Of a stretch of DNA of 64,000 nt, positions 10,051 to 20,204 are shown in pieces; position 1 is the first letter of the stretch, and the number at the start of each line of letters is the position of its first letter. The stretch covers positions 868,001 through 932,000 of the forward strand of contig PS015009.1 of NCBI GenBank assembly GCA_048213135.1, given 5' to 3'. The stretch is from Reclinomonas americana ATCC 50394. Lineage: Eukaryota. The position numbers and the translations under genes were made by a program. The notes beneath the pieces were generated by a model that did no database searches, was not told the DNA's origin, and was given only the letters and a program-made list of their open reading frames with translations.

Positions 10051-11370
10051 ATGAATCCCGTTTACAACATACAACGGTTGTTGCTTGCCTGTTCAGCAGG
10101 TGTCATCCTGTATATGTTATCGTCCTGTTCTCCCGTGAAAAATATCAGCCGCTCGGCCAAACAATTATTACTCGAAGATTCGGCCATTGCCACGGGCCAT
10201 ATCGGCATCAGCATTTATGAACCCGCCACCGGTAAGTACTGGTACAATCACAATGCGGATAAGAATTTCATCCCCGCCAGCAATACCAAACTGTTTACCC
10301 TGTATGCCGGCATGAAATATTTAGGAGACAGCCTGGCGGGATTGAAATACCTGGAAACAGACACGTCTGTTATTATATGGGGAACAGGGGATCCCACTTT
10401 TTTACTGCCGGAATTTAAGAACCAGCCGGTTCTCCGTTTTCTGCAGCAGGCACGCAAGCCCCTGGTATGGGGAGATCCGGCCCGTAGCTTCCAGGCTTTG
10501 GGCAATGGCTGGGCCTGGAATGATTATGAAGAACCTTATATGGCCGAGCGCTCCGTTTTTCCCATGTATGGAAATGTGGTCTCTTTCAGTATGAAAGATA
10601 CGGTGCTGGTTTCGGAGCCGGCCTGGTTTACAAAGAAAGGTTCCCTGTCGCATACCGGTCAATCATTCGGCATAACCCGGCACCTGGGCGACCGGCAATT
10701 TTATATAACAGCTTCTGTCAATCCTTTCGCCAGCCAGACCATTACTTTTGACACACGTGATATGTTTTCGCTGCTGGCAGATACGCTTGCCAGGCCGGTC
10801 GACACAAGAAATACCTATCTCCTTTCCCCGTCATTTAAAAATACAGGGATCATCCGTTCACAGCCCACCGACTCCTTTTTTACGCCGATGATGCACCGCA
10901 GCGATAATCTCTTTGCCGAACAGACGCTGCTGATGGTTTCTGATCATATACTGGGATATATGAATGATGCCCTGGTGATCGACACCTTACTGAAAAGCGA
11001 CCTGGAGGATGTGCCGCAGAAGCCCCGCTGGGTAGACGGTTCCGGCCTCAGCCGTTATAACCTGTTCACACCCCAGTCTTTTATTTATATCCTTAATAAA
11101 CTGAAAGCCACGTTTGGTATGGAGCGCCTTAAAGTGATCCTGGCCACAGGCGGAACGGGTACGCTCAGCAATTATTACAAAAGAGACAACGGCTATATCT
11201 TCGCCAAAACGGGTACATTAAGTAACAACTGCGCACTCAGCGGTTTCCTGTTCACCAAAAAAGGTAAACTATTGGTATTCTCCGTGTTGGCCAACAACTA
11301 CCAGTCGGGTGCAACGCCTGTTCGCCGGGCTGTTGAGCGTTTTTTACAGGATACAAGAGAGAAATATTAA
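10051..11370 (+). CDS. dacB: D-Ala-D-Ala carboxypeptidase/endopeptidase (peptidase S13, PBP4), probable lipoprotein
   Basis: PASNTK (SxxK), SDN, DGSGLSR and KTGTL motifs. Confidence 0.92.
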   Translation: MNPVYNIQRLLLACSAGVILYMLSSCSPVKNISRSAKQLLLEDSAIATGHIGISIYEPATGKYWYNHNADKNFIPASNTKLFTLYAGMKYLGDSLAGLKYLETDTSVIIWGTGDPTFLLPEFKNQPVLRFLQQARKPLVWGDPARSFQALGNGWAWNDYEEPYMAERSVFPMYGNVVSFSMKDTVLVSEPAWFTKKGSLSHTGQSFGITRHLGDRQFYITASVNPFASQTITFDTRDMFSLLADTLARPVDTRNTYLLSPSFKNTGIIRSQPTDSFFTPMMHRSDNLFAEQTLLMVSDHILGYMNDALVIDTLLKSDLEDVPQKPRWVDGSGLSRYNLFTPQSFIYILNKLKATFGMERLKVILATGGTGTLSNYYKRDNGYIFAKTGTLSNNCALSGFLFTKKGKLLVFSVLANNYQSGATPVRRAVERFLQDTREKY

Positions 11371-11453
11371 TTTTTCTTTTCAGGCAACACCTCCGGAAGA
11401 TACCGCATCTGTATACATACAGATATCCTTAGACCACCACCAAAACGTTTGTT

Positions 11454-14168
11454 ATGAAAAAAATATCTACCCTGCTGCTGCTTTTTTTTGCAGCGCTAAC
11501 CTTCAAAACAGTTGCCCAGACCCCCACTGCCTGTAATGCCGCATTCTCCATCCAGTTCAGCAACCCGTATACGGTTCAGTTTACCCCGGTAATGCCGGGT
11601 GAGCCCAGCGTGGTACAGCATTACTGGAGTTTCGGTGATGCCAGTGGCAGCAATGCGGTTGCTCCCTCGCACAGTTATAACTCGACAGGGACATATATTG
11701 TAAAGCATTACCTTATTCGCAACAATCCCAATGGCGTGGAAGTGTGCCGAGACAGTATGTCCATGACCATCAACATCCAGCAGGCGCCTTGTAACCTTCA
11801 GGCCAATTTTAACTGGACCGTAAGTACGCAGGACCCGTTGCAGGTGGCTTTCACCAATACCACCATTAACCTGGCTGCCACCGATTCCGTACGCTGGACA
11901 TTTGGCGACGGCACTTCATCACTCGATGTAAACCCATCGCACCATTATACAACCGCCGGTACTTATACCGTTTGCCTGCGTGTGAAAAGGACGATCAACT
12001 CTACTACCACACCCTGCGTGAGCGAAATATGTAAAACCATTACCGTACAAAACCCCTGCAACCTGCAGGTGAATTTTACCTGGAACGCGTCAACAGCCAA
12101 CCCGCTGATGATCGAATTCCATAACCAGAGTACGCCACTGAGTTCTACCGATTCAATTTACTGGTCATTCGGTGATGGCTCTTCTTCTACTGCTGTCAGC
12201 CCTAATCACACTTATAACCAACCCGGTACCTACAATGTGTGCCTGGTAATAAGGAAGACCATAACACCCGGTTCTGCGCCATGCGTTCGTGAGATCTGCA
12301 AAACCATTACCGTACAGACACCGCCCTGTAACCTGGTAGTCGATTTCAGCTGGAATGCAGCGGCTTCCAATCCGTTACTGATCGAGTTCCACAACCTGAG
12401 TACACCGTTAAGTTCCACGGACTCTGTTAAATGGAGTTTTGGCGATGGCACTTATTCTACCGCTGTCAGCCCCAATCATGCATACAGCCAGCCCGGCACC
12501 TATACCGTTTGCCTGGTGGTAAGGAAGACTAATACAACCGGTACGACACCTTGTGTAAGAGAAATCTGCAAGACCATTACCGTACAGGCGCCGCCCTGTA
12601 ACCTGCAGGTGAATTTTACCTGGAACCCTTCAACAGCGAACCCGCTGATGATTGAGTTCCACAACCAAAGCACACCGCTGGATCCCACAGATTCAATATA
12701 CTGGTCATTCGGCGATGGATCTTATTCCACAGCCGTTAACCCTACTCATACCTATAACCAACCCGGCACTTATAATGTATGTCTCATCGTGAAGAAAAGC
12801 AATACCTGCGTACGTGAGATCTGCAAGACCATTACTGTACAGGCCCCTCCCTGCAACCTGCAGGCGTATTTTACCTGGAATGCGTCAGCAGCTAACCCGC
12901 TGATGATTGAGTTCCACAACCAGACCACACCACTGAACCCTACCGATTCCGTGTACTGGACATTTGGTGACGGATCTTCTTCTACAGCTGCCAATCCCAA
13001 TCATACTTACAACCAGCCCGGCACTTACCATGTATGCCTCATCGTAAGAAGGGCCACTGCAGCCGGTACGGTACCATGCGTAAGGGAATACTGCAAAGAT
13101 GTGGTGGTACAGGCACCCCCATGTAATATACAGGTGGCATTCAGCTGGCAAACAGACCCGCAGAATTTCCGTAAAGTGATCTTTACCAACTTAACCGTTA
13201 CACCAACGCCCAATGCTGTAGCCACCTGGACGTTCGGCGATGGCACCAGTGCTACCAGCTGGAACGCGGTACATGAATACGCCCAGCCCGGCAGGTACCT
13301 CGTTTGCCTGAAAGTACAGTACAGCAATACCTGCGTACGCACCTACTGCGATTCGGTGACCATTGCAGCGCCTATGCCGCCCTGCAACCAGCTGAGTAAT
13401 TTTGGTTTTGAAAAATTCGCGAACGATAACCAGAAGTACAAATTCACACCAGCGTACATTAATACAACTTTACAATATACCTGGACATTCGGTGACGGTA
13501 CCGGCAGCCACGACATTGTTGCCACACACCGCTATGCACAACCGGGCACCTATACCGTTTGCCTCACCGTGTGGAACGGACCTAACTGCGCTTCCACTAC
13601 CTGTAAAACAATCACGGTACAACAGCAGATCTACTGCGACAGTGTGCATGTGAGCTATACTTACCAGAGAACAACGGCTTATCCCAACAAGCTGTACTTC
13701 TTCGCCAACAGCAACATGCCCATCCTTGACCAGGTGTGGACCATCACCCGTATACCTGCAACAAGCACATCAGGTACAGTTACGCTTCACCAGAACAACC
13801 CAACCTACATCTTCCCGGATACCGGTTCTTACAGGGTTTGCCTGAAAGCCATTACCGCCGGTGGTTGCGTGAAAGAATACTGCAGCATCATCCGCATTGA
13901 ACTGGTGCAATCGAACATCTGCGAACTGCAGGCCTTCCCCAATCCTACCACCAGCGCTGTGAATGTAAACGTGTTCCTCACGGCACCGGAGATGATACAC
14001 ACTTACATCTACAACTCCGCTAATGTACTGGTGAAAGAAAAACACCAGCAGGGCGTGAGCGGCGGCAACCTGGTTACGATACCCGTTCAGGACCTTGTAG
14101 CGGGACTATATAATATGAAGATCATTTACGGGAACAGGATATGCTATGCCCGTTTCCAGAAATTATAA
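11454..14168 (+). CDS. Secreted multi-PKD-domain protein with a T9SS-type C-terminal domain
   Basis: Signal peptide, eight WxFGD-containing PKD repeats plus one degenerate repeat, C-terminal FPNP...GLY...FQK sorting domain. Confidence 0.9.
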   Translation: MKKISTLLLLFFAALTFKTVAQTPTACNAAFSIQFSNPYTVQFTPVMPGEPSVVQHYWSFGDASGSNAVAPSHSYNSTGTYIVKHYLIRNNPNGVEVCRDSMSMTINIQQAPCNLQANFNWTVSTQDPLQVAFTNTTINLAATDSVRWTFGDGTSSLDVNPSHHYTTAGTYTVCLRVKRTINSTTTPCVSEICKTITVQNPCNLQVNFTWNASTANPLMIEFHNQSTPLSSTDSIYWSFGDGSSSTAVSPNHTYNQPGTYNVCLVIRKTITPGSAPCVREICKTITVQTPPCNLVVDFSWNAAASNPLLIEFHNLSTPLSSTDSVKWSFGDGTYSTAVSPNHAYSQPGTYTVCLVVRKTNTTGTTPCVREICKTITVQAPPCNLQVNFTWNPSTANPLMIEFHNQSTPLDPTDSIYWSFGDGSYSTAVNPTHTYNQPGTYNVCLIVKKSNTCVREICKTITVQAPPCNLQAYFTWNASAANPLMIEFHNQTTPLNPTDSVYWTFGDGSSSTAANPNHTYNQPGTYHVCLIVRRATAAGTVPCVREYCKDVVVQAPPCNIQVAFSWQTDPQNFRKVIFTNLTVTPTPNAVATWTFGDGTSATSWNAVHEYAQPGRYLVCLKVQYSNTCVRTYCDSVTIAAPMPPCNQLSNFGFEKFANDNQKYKFTPAYINTTLQYTWTFGDGTGSHDIVATHRYAQPGTYTVCLTVWNGPNCASTTCKTITVQQQIYCDSVHVSYTYQRTTAYPNKLYFFANSNMPILDQVWTITRIPATSTSGTVTLHQNNPTYIFPDTGSYRVCLKAITAGGCVKEYCSIIRIELVQSNICELQAFPNPTTSAVNVNVFLTAPEMIHTYIYNSANVLVKEKHQQGVSGGNLVTIPVQDLVAGLYNMKIIYGNRICYARFQKL

Positions 14169-14188
14169 CCGTGGGGGTTATACAAACC

Positions 14189-14226
14189 AAAGCCTGCAAT
14201 GTGAGTTGCGGGCTTTTACTTTTTTT
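14189..14226 (+). terminator. Intrinsic terminator
   Basis: AAAGCCTGCAA-tgtgag-TTGCGGGCTTT followed by a T-rich tail. Confidence 0.75.
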
Positions 14227-14397
14227 AGTAGCAGGTATTGAGTAGTTAGTAGTGAGTATCAGGAATGGTATCTGTCAGTAAACAGAAAGGCGGGAAGTAT
14301 AATTATTCAGGTAAATAAAACCAGGCGATGATGAATACTTTTCAGCAGTGTATCAACTCTCCCGTCTTGCTACTTGATACTTGCTACTCACGACTCA
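14226..14397. repeat. Pair of inverted degenerate heptamer tandem arrays
   Basis: tagtagc/aggtatt/gagtagt/tagtagt/gagtatc (14226-14260) versus cttgcta/cttgata/cttgcta/ctcacga (14366-14397). Confidence 0.65.
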
Positions 14398-16233
14398 TCG
14401 TCCAAAGAGTTTATCCAGCTCATCTTTTTTAAACTCAAGGTAAGTGGGTTTGCCATTGGCCGTGGTATTGGGTACCTGGCAAGTAAAGAGGTCGTTTACC
14501 AGCCGGCGCATTTCGGTGTCGGAGAGTGCGGTGCCGGTTTTGATGGATTGCTGCAGGGCCATGGAGCGGAGCAGTTTTTCGCGTTTGCTGAATTTGAGAT
14601 CGCTGCTGAAATGTTTGTACTGTTCCAGCATGCGTTCAATGGCTGTCCTTTCATTGCCCTGGTCTACATCGGCGGGTGTGCCCTGTATAACGAAAGTATG
14701 GTTGCCAAAGGGTTCCAGCAGGTAGCCCAGTTCGTGCAGGTCGGGCAGCAGCTCTTCAAGCAGCACCGCGTCGGCAGGGGCTAGTTCCAGCGTGGAAGGA
14801 AAAAGACTGCTTTGCGTGGCGATGGGCTTACCATCCAGCGCATTCATGAAACGTTCGTAGAGGATGCGCTCATGCGCATTTTGCTGGTTCACGAGGTAAT
14901 AACCTTTTACTGTTTCCACAACAATATAGGACAACTGCAATTGCATCAGCCGGTCGGTGCGTATGACAGAAGTCGCATCGGTATGCAGCAATGATGAGCC
15001 TGCATTTTTTTCGCCTGTGGCGGATGCAGCGGAAGCCTGTGGTACCGGTTCGTAAAAATCCTTCCAGTGTTTGAGCTCTGTCCTGTTGTCCCTTTCTATA
15101 AAATGCGACTGGTTCTTTTGCGTAAACGTCTGGTATAACGAAGAAGAGGTAGCGCCTGATCTTTTTTCTTCCGTGAAAGGTTTGCTCACCGCATCGAGGT
15201 GTTGTATACCCGGGTCAAGTTCAAAATCGAGTGTAGGTGTAATGCTGAACTGCGCCAGCGCATGTTTCACCGCACTCTGCACAAACGCGTATACGATCTT
15301 TTCATCCTCGAATTTGATCTCCTGTTTGGTAGGATGTACATTAATGTCGAGCTGCGAAGGATCAAGGTCGATGAACAGCACATACATGGGGAAGCTGTCT
15401 TTCGGGATCATCTCATCAAACGCGTTCATCAGCGCATGGTTGAGGTAAGCACTTTTGATGAAACGGTTGTTCACGAAAAAATACTGGTCGCCCCGCGTTT
15501 TTTTCGCGGTTTCCGGTTTGCCTACGAAACCATAAATATTCATGTAGTCCGACGGCTCCTGCACCGGCACCAGTTTGGAAGCGTAATTATTGCCCAGCAC
15601 CTGTACAATGCGCTGTTTCATGGACCCTCTTTCGAGGTGAAACATTTGCTGCCCGTTGCTGCTGAGTGAGAAAAAGATATCGGGGTACGACATGGCCACG
15701 CGGATGAATTCATCAACGATATGGCGCAGTTCGGCCGCGTTGCTTTTCAGGAAATTTCTGCGTGCCGGCACATTGAAGAAGAGGTTCTTCATGGCAATGC
15801 TCGTACCATTGGGTACAGCAATGGGTTCCTGCCGGGTAACCTGGCTGTTCTCAATTTCTATATAAACACCGGTCTCGTCTTCCGGGCGTTTGGTTTTCAG
15901 TTCTACCTGCGCTACCGCCGCTATACTGGCCAGTGCCTCGCCGCGGAAACCCATGGTACGTATGCGGAACAGGTCGTCGATATTCCTGATCTTGGATGTG
16001 GCATGCCGCTCAAAAGCCATGCGGGCATCCGTCTCACTCATTCCTTTACCATTATCGGTAACCTGTATCAGCGCTTTGCCCGCGTCGTTCACAAACAACC
16101 TGATCTCCGTGGCCCCGGCATCCACCGCGTTTTCCAGCAGTTCCTTAACGGCGCTGGCAGGACGCTGGATCACTTCGCCGGCCGCGATCTGGTTGGCGAT
16201 GTTATCAGGCAATAGATGAATAATATCCGGCAA
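14395..16233 (-). CDS. mutL: DNA mismatch repair protein MutL
   Basis: IAAGEVIQRPASAVKELLENAVDAGA, GFRGEALASI, DINVHPTK, QQNAHERILYE. Confidence 0.98.
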   Translation of the reverse strand: MPDIIHLLPDNIANQIAAGEVIQRPASAVKELLENAVDAGATEIRLFVNDAGKALIQVTDNGKGMSETDARMAFERHATSKIRNIDDLFRIRTMGFRGEALASIAAVAQVELKTKRPEDETGVYIEIENSQVTRQEPIAVPNGTSIAMKNLFFNVPARRNFLKSNAAELRHIVDEFIRVAMSYPDIFFSLSSNGQQMFHLERGSMKQRIVQVLGNNYASKLVPVQEPSDYMNIYGFVGKPETAKKTRGDQYFFVNNRFIKSAYLNHALMNAFDEMIPKDSFPMYVLFIDLDPSQLDINVHPTKQEIKFEDEKIVYAFVQSAVKHALAQFSITPTLDFELDPGIQHLDAVSKPFTEEKRSGATSSSLYQTFTQKNQSHFIERDNRTELKHWKDFYEPVPQASAASATGEKNAGSSLLHTDATSVIRTDRLMQLQLSYIVVETVKGYYLVNQQNAHERILYERFMNALDGKPIATQSSLFPSTLELAPADAVLLEELLPDLHELGYLLEPFGNHTFVIQGTPADVDQGNERTAIERMLEQYKHFSSDLKFSKREKLLRSMALQQSIKTGTALSDTEMRRLVNDLFTCQVPNTTANGKPTYLEFKKDELDKLFGR

Positions 16234-16371
16234 AATGATACAAGTTTAGCTGGCAAATTTAAGCATTCCGCTGAAGGTAATACCGCGGTTTACCTATTAT
16301 TTCCCGTTAAGGTACAAAGCCCGCAGAGTCAACATAAAAACGTTAACTATTCGCATGCCCTCACTATTAGG

Positions 16372-16490
16372 TAGTGCGCCGGTTTGGATACTCTTCCCTC
16401 GTGTCATACCGAGGTAACGAGGTATCTTTCGCCACAGGAGAGAGATCGCTCCTCCGCCGGGATGACCAAAGCCGTCAAACTGGTGCACTA
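16372..16490. mobile_element. MITE-like shell (TA-ended 15-bp inverted termini) enclosing an inverted REP-like doublet
   Basis: TAGTGCGCCGGTTTG ... CAAACTGGTGCACTA (13/15 match); inner GTCATACCGAGGTAACGAGGTATCT ... AGATCGCTCCTCCGCCGGGATGAC at 16403-16466. Confidence 0.65.
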
Positions 16491-16542
16491 TCCGCCATTG
16501 CTATATGGCCGTATTGTCACATTTTCCCATTAGTTTTACGGT

Positions 16543-19458
16543 ATGATGAAACGATTGTCCTACAGCCTGATCCTTTTCTTTTCCTGCTACCTGTCCGCAG
16601 CGCAAACCAATAAAGCGCAAACCTGGGCCGACAGTATTTACAAAACCCTGTCGGAAGATGAACGCATCGCCCAGCTGATGGTTGTCCGTTTATCCACCAT
16701 CGATTCCAAAACCAAACAGGTGACTTTCTTCGACCAGCAGGTAGCGAACCTGGTTAAACAATACAATATCGGCGGCATTTGTGTATTCCAGGGCAGCCCC
16801 GTAAAACAGGCCAGCATACTCAACAGTCTGCAGGCCATGGCCCGCACACCCATACTCGTTTGTATCGATGCCGAATGGGGCGTGGGTATGCGCATGATCG
16901 ACAGCGTACTGCCATTACCCAAACAAATGATGCTTGGCGCCGTGCAGGACCCCAACATTATTTACCAGTACGGCCGTATTGTGGGCGAACAATGCAAACG
17001 CGTGGGCATACAGGTGAACTATGCGCCTGTGGTGGACATCAACAACAACCCCAACAATCCCGTGATCAACGACAGGAGTTTTGGTGAGGACAAATACAAA
17101 GTAGCAGCGTACGCCATCCAATACATGAAAGGTATGCAGGATGTGGGCGTAATGGCCTGCGCCAAACATTTCCCTGGTCATGGCGATGTGGCAGTGGATT
17201 CACATTATGATCTTCCTGTTATCAAAAAGTCGATGCAGGAACTGGATTCGCTGGAGTTGTATCCTTTCCGGCAGATATTCAAAGCCGGTATCGGCAGCGT
17301 GATGATCGCCCATTTGTCGGTACCCGCTATCGACAACACGCCTAACAAACCTACTTCTATTTCAAAAAATAATGTGACCACCCTTATGCGGGAGCAACTT
17401 GGTTACCAGGGCCTCTCCTTTACCGATGCGCTGGAAATGCAGGGCGTGAAAAAATATTATCCTGATGGTGAAGCTTCTCTACAGTCGCTGATTGCCGGCA
17501 ACGATATGCTTTGCCTGCCCGGCGACGTGCCGCTGGCCATCACCAAAATAAAAGAAGCCATCACAAAGGGGCAACTGACCTGGGCCGATATTGAAGCGCA
17601 TTGTAAAAAAGTGTTGCTGTCGAAATACCAGTACGGACTCGCAACGCTTCAGCCCATCAATACCGATAACCTGACCGCCGACCTCAACAGCCAGGTACCT
17701 GCCATGCGCAGGCTGGTAGCGGAGAATGCACTGACTGTTCTGAAAAAGACCGACAGCCTGCTTTTCCCGCTGCGCAAGACCAAACATACCGTATACGTAA
17801 GCATCGGCAACAACACAGAGAATGCTTTTGCCAAACGCATGATAGCCGATTATGACGCCGATGTGATCTATTTCGATTACAAACAGGACGCGTCGGCCAT
17901 GGCTGCAACACTGGCATCCGTTAAAAAGAAATACAAACACATCATCATTGGTGTGCATGGTTACAACCGGGCGCCCGCCAACAACTTTGGCATCAGCAAA
18001 CCCGCCGTTGACCTGGTGCTGGGATTGAGCAACCTGCCCAACAGCATTCTCTTCTCTTTCGGTAATGTATATGCGCTGAAAAACTGGTGCAATGCCCGCA
18101 ATATAGTAGCCTGTTATGAAGATGATAATATTGTGCAGGCTACAGCCGCCGACCTGCTGGAAGGCAAGATAGGCGCAAGGGGAAGACTACCCGTTACCGT
18201 TTGCGATGCTTACCAGTTTGGCAGCGGCATCAGCGTGGCTCGTTTTTTTTTGCCCAGGATTGATCCTGTCAATGCGCACATCAACCCCGCCAAATTACTG
18301 GTCATCGACTCTATCGCCAATGATGCCATCAACCGCGGTGCCACACCCGGCTGCGTGGTACTGGTAGCCAAAGACGGCAACATCGCTTATTATAAGAACT
18401 ACGGCAGTTTTACCTACGACAAAACAGAACCGGTTCAGAAAGAATCGATTTATGATATGGCGTCGGTGACCAAGATCTGCGCTACCACCATTTCGGTAAT
18501 GCGGTTATACGACCAGGGAAAGATCAGGCTCGACGGTATGCTGGGCGATTACCTGCCCTGGGTGAAAGGCAGCAATAAAGACAAACTGAAAATCGAAGAT
18601 ATTCTCCTGCACCAGGCCGGGCTTGTGGCTTATATCCCATTTTATAAAGAAACGATTGATGCCAACGGTATTCCCTTACCCAAATATTATGCATCCGCTC
18701 CATCCGATTCCTTTTCCATCCGCGTAGCGAATAACCTGTATATGCGTACCGACTGGAGAGACAGCATTTATAAACGCATACTGCAAAGTAATCTTGGCGC
18801 TGCCAATAAATATGTGTACAGCGACAATGATTTTATTTTTCTTGGTAAGATAGTGGAGGCTTTAAGCGGGCTGCCGCTCGACCAGTATGTACAAAAAGAG
18901 TTTTACCAGCCCATGGGGTTGAACACCGCCGGTTTTAAACCGCTGGAACGTTTCGCTGTCAACCGTATCGCTCCCACGGAACAGGAGAAACTCTTTCGCC
19001 TGCAACTGCTGCGGGGTGATGTACACGATCCCGGGGCGGCCATGTTTGGCGAAGTGGCCGGGCATGCGGGCCTGTTCAGCAACGCGTATGACCTGGGCAT
19101 GATCATGCAGATGCTGCTGAACGGCGGAACCATTAATGGCAAAAGATACCTGCGTGAAGAAACAGTAAAACTGTTCACTGCTTACCACAGTAACATCAGC
19201 CGGCGTGGCTATGGTTTCGACAAACCGGAGAAAGATAATATGAACCGTACAGAACCTTATCCCTGCCTGTCGGCCTCACCACTCACTTTCGGGCACACAG
19301 GCTTTACGGGTACCTGCGTATGGGCTGATCCTGACTATAATTTATTGTTTGTATTCCTGAGCAACCGTGTTAATCCGGATGGTGGCGATAACAGGAAGCT
19401 GCTGAACATGAACGTCCGTGGAAAGATACAGGAAGCGATATACGATGCTATGCGTTAA
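16543..19458 (+). CDS. GH3 beta-N-acetylglucosaminidase fused to a beta-lactamase-fold serine hydrolase
   Basis: DAEWG, KHFPGHG...DSH, FTDAL; C-terminal ASVTK (SxxK), YSD, FGHTGFTG. Confidence 0.93.
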   Translation: MMKRLSYSLILFFSCYLSAAQTNKAQTWADSIYKTLSEDERIAQLMVVRLSTIDSKTKQVTFFDQQVANLVKQYNIGGICVFQGSPVKQASILNSLQAMARTPILVCIDAEWGVGMRMIDSVLPLPKQMMLGAVQDPNIIYQYGRIVGEQCKRVGIQVNYAPVVDINNNPNNPVINDRSFGEDKYKVAAYAIQYMKGMQDVGVMACAKHFPGHGDVAVDSHYDLPVIKKSMQELDSLELYPFRQIFKAGIGSVMIAHLSVPAIDNTPNKPTSISKNNVTTLMREQLGYQGLSFTDALEMQGVKKYYPDGEASLQSLIAGNDMLCLPGDVPLAITKIKEAITKGQLTWADIEAHCKKVLLSKYQYGLATLQPINTDNLTADLNSQVPAMRRLVAENALTVLKKTDSLLFPLRKTKHTVYVSIGNNTENAFAKRMIADYDADVIYFDYKQDASAMAATLASVKKKYKHIIIGVHGYNRAPANNFGISKPAVDLVLGLSNLPNSILFSFGNVYALKNWCNARNIVACYEDDNIVQATAADLLEGKIGARGRLPVTVCDAYQFGSGISVARFFLPRIDPVNAHINPAKLLVIDSIANDAINRGATPGCVVLVAKDGNIAYYKNYGSFTYDKTEPVQKESIYDMASVTKICATTISVMRLYDQGKIRLDGMLGDYLPWVKGSNKDKLKIEDILLHQAGLVAYIPFYKETIDANGIPLPKYYASAPSDSFSIRVANNLYMRTDWRDSIYKRILQSNLGAANKYVYSDNDFIFLGKIVEALSGLPLDQYVQKEFYQPMGLNTAGFKPLERFAVNRIAPTEQEKLFRLQLLRGDVHDPGAAMFGEVAGHAGLFSNAYDLGMIMQMLLNGGTINGKRYLREETVKLFTAYHSNISRRGYGFDKPEKDNMNRTEPYPCLSASPLTFGHTGFTGTCVWADPDYNLLFVFLSNRVNPDGGDNRKLLNMNVRGKIQEAIYDAMR

Positions 19459-19491
19459 CAACGCTGTATACTGCATTAATAACGGTACAGG

Positions 19492-19617
19492 TTATACGAA
19501 ATAAAGTAGTCCCCAGATCAGCAAAGCAGTGGTGATTATGATAATAATGAACAGAAGCAGTAGCTGGTAAAGCATACGGGCAAGCGCCCGGTACTTTCGG
19601 GTTTCTTCATACTCCAT
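19492..19617 (-). CDS. Putative 41-aa single-pass membrane protein (absent from the ORF track)
   Basis: Manual translation MEYEETRKYRALARMLYQLLLLFIIIIITTALLIWGLLYFV*. Confidence 0.5.
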   Translation of the reverse strand: MEYEETRKYRALARMLYQLLLLFIIIIITTALLIWGLLYFV

Positions 19618-19724
19618 ACTATGAAAGGAGATGCTTCAGCAAATAATATTGTTGCCTGTTATTGTAAAAAGAGTTTTGCTCTTTAGGTTATCTTTCCGTG
19701 ATGCGGCATGTCGGCTTTATTGTG

Positions 19725-19814
19725 GGACGTTATACCTAAGCACGAGGTATCATCCCGAGAAACGAGATATCATTCAAAAAGAGCGGGGCGTCATCCCGAG
19801 GAACGAGGGATCTC
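19725..19814 (+). repeat. Left terminal array: four ~20-nt REP-like units
   Basis: cgttatacctaagcacgagg / tatcatcccgagaaacgaga / tatcattcaaaaagagcgggg / cgtcatcccgaggaacgagggatctc. Confidence 0.9.
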
Positions 19815-19823
19815 AAAACCATA

Positions 19824-20126
19824 TCAGACATCTTCATTCAAAAAGTGCCAGCCTGGATTCATCGTATTAATTAATGCCATCTTCTTTCCACGATTCCAGC
19901 CTTTAATTTCTTTCTCTCTTGCAATCGCCTGTTTGATGTCCGGGAATTGTTCGAAGTATAAAAGATAAAATACATTGTAACGACCGGTGAATGTAGTTGT
20001 TGCAACAGACAAAGAAGCTTGTTTGTGCTCCTGCAACCGCCGGTAAAGGTTGTTGGTTACACCTGTATACAAAACAGTTTTAATTTTATTGGTTAGTATG
20101 TAGACGTAGTAAGTTTTAATAGCCAT
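19824..20126 (-). CDS. Small stand-alone GIY-YIG nuclease family protein
   Basis: YYVYILTN...LYTGVTNNLYRRLQEHK...FTGRYNV...AIAREKEIKGWNRGKK...NPGW. Confidence 0.93.
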   Translation of the reverse strand: MAIKTYYVYILTNKIKTVLYTGVTNNLYRRLQEHKQASLSVATTTFTGRYNVFYLLYFEQFPDIKQAIAREKEIKGWNRGKKMALINTMNPGWHFLNEDV

Positions 20127-20204
20127 AGATCTGCTTTACAGCAAATCTGTGATGGAGAGGGATACGTATGTCTTCGGGTTTTACGTAATGCTTCAGGATG
20201 AAGA

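Noticed and set aside
12000-13100. Near-identical DNA repeats as a possible DGR template/variable pair
   Set aside because: They are explained by in-frame PKD domain duplication, and no reverse transcriptase gene is present in the window.
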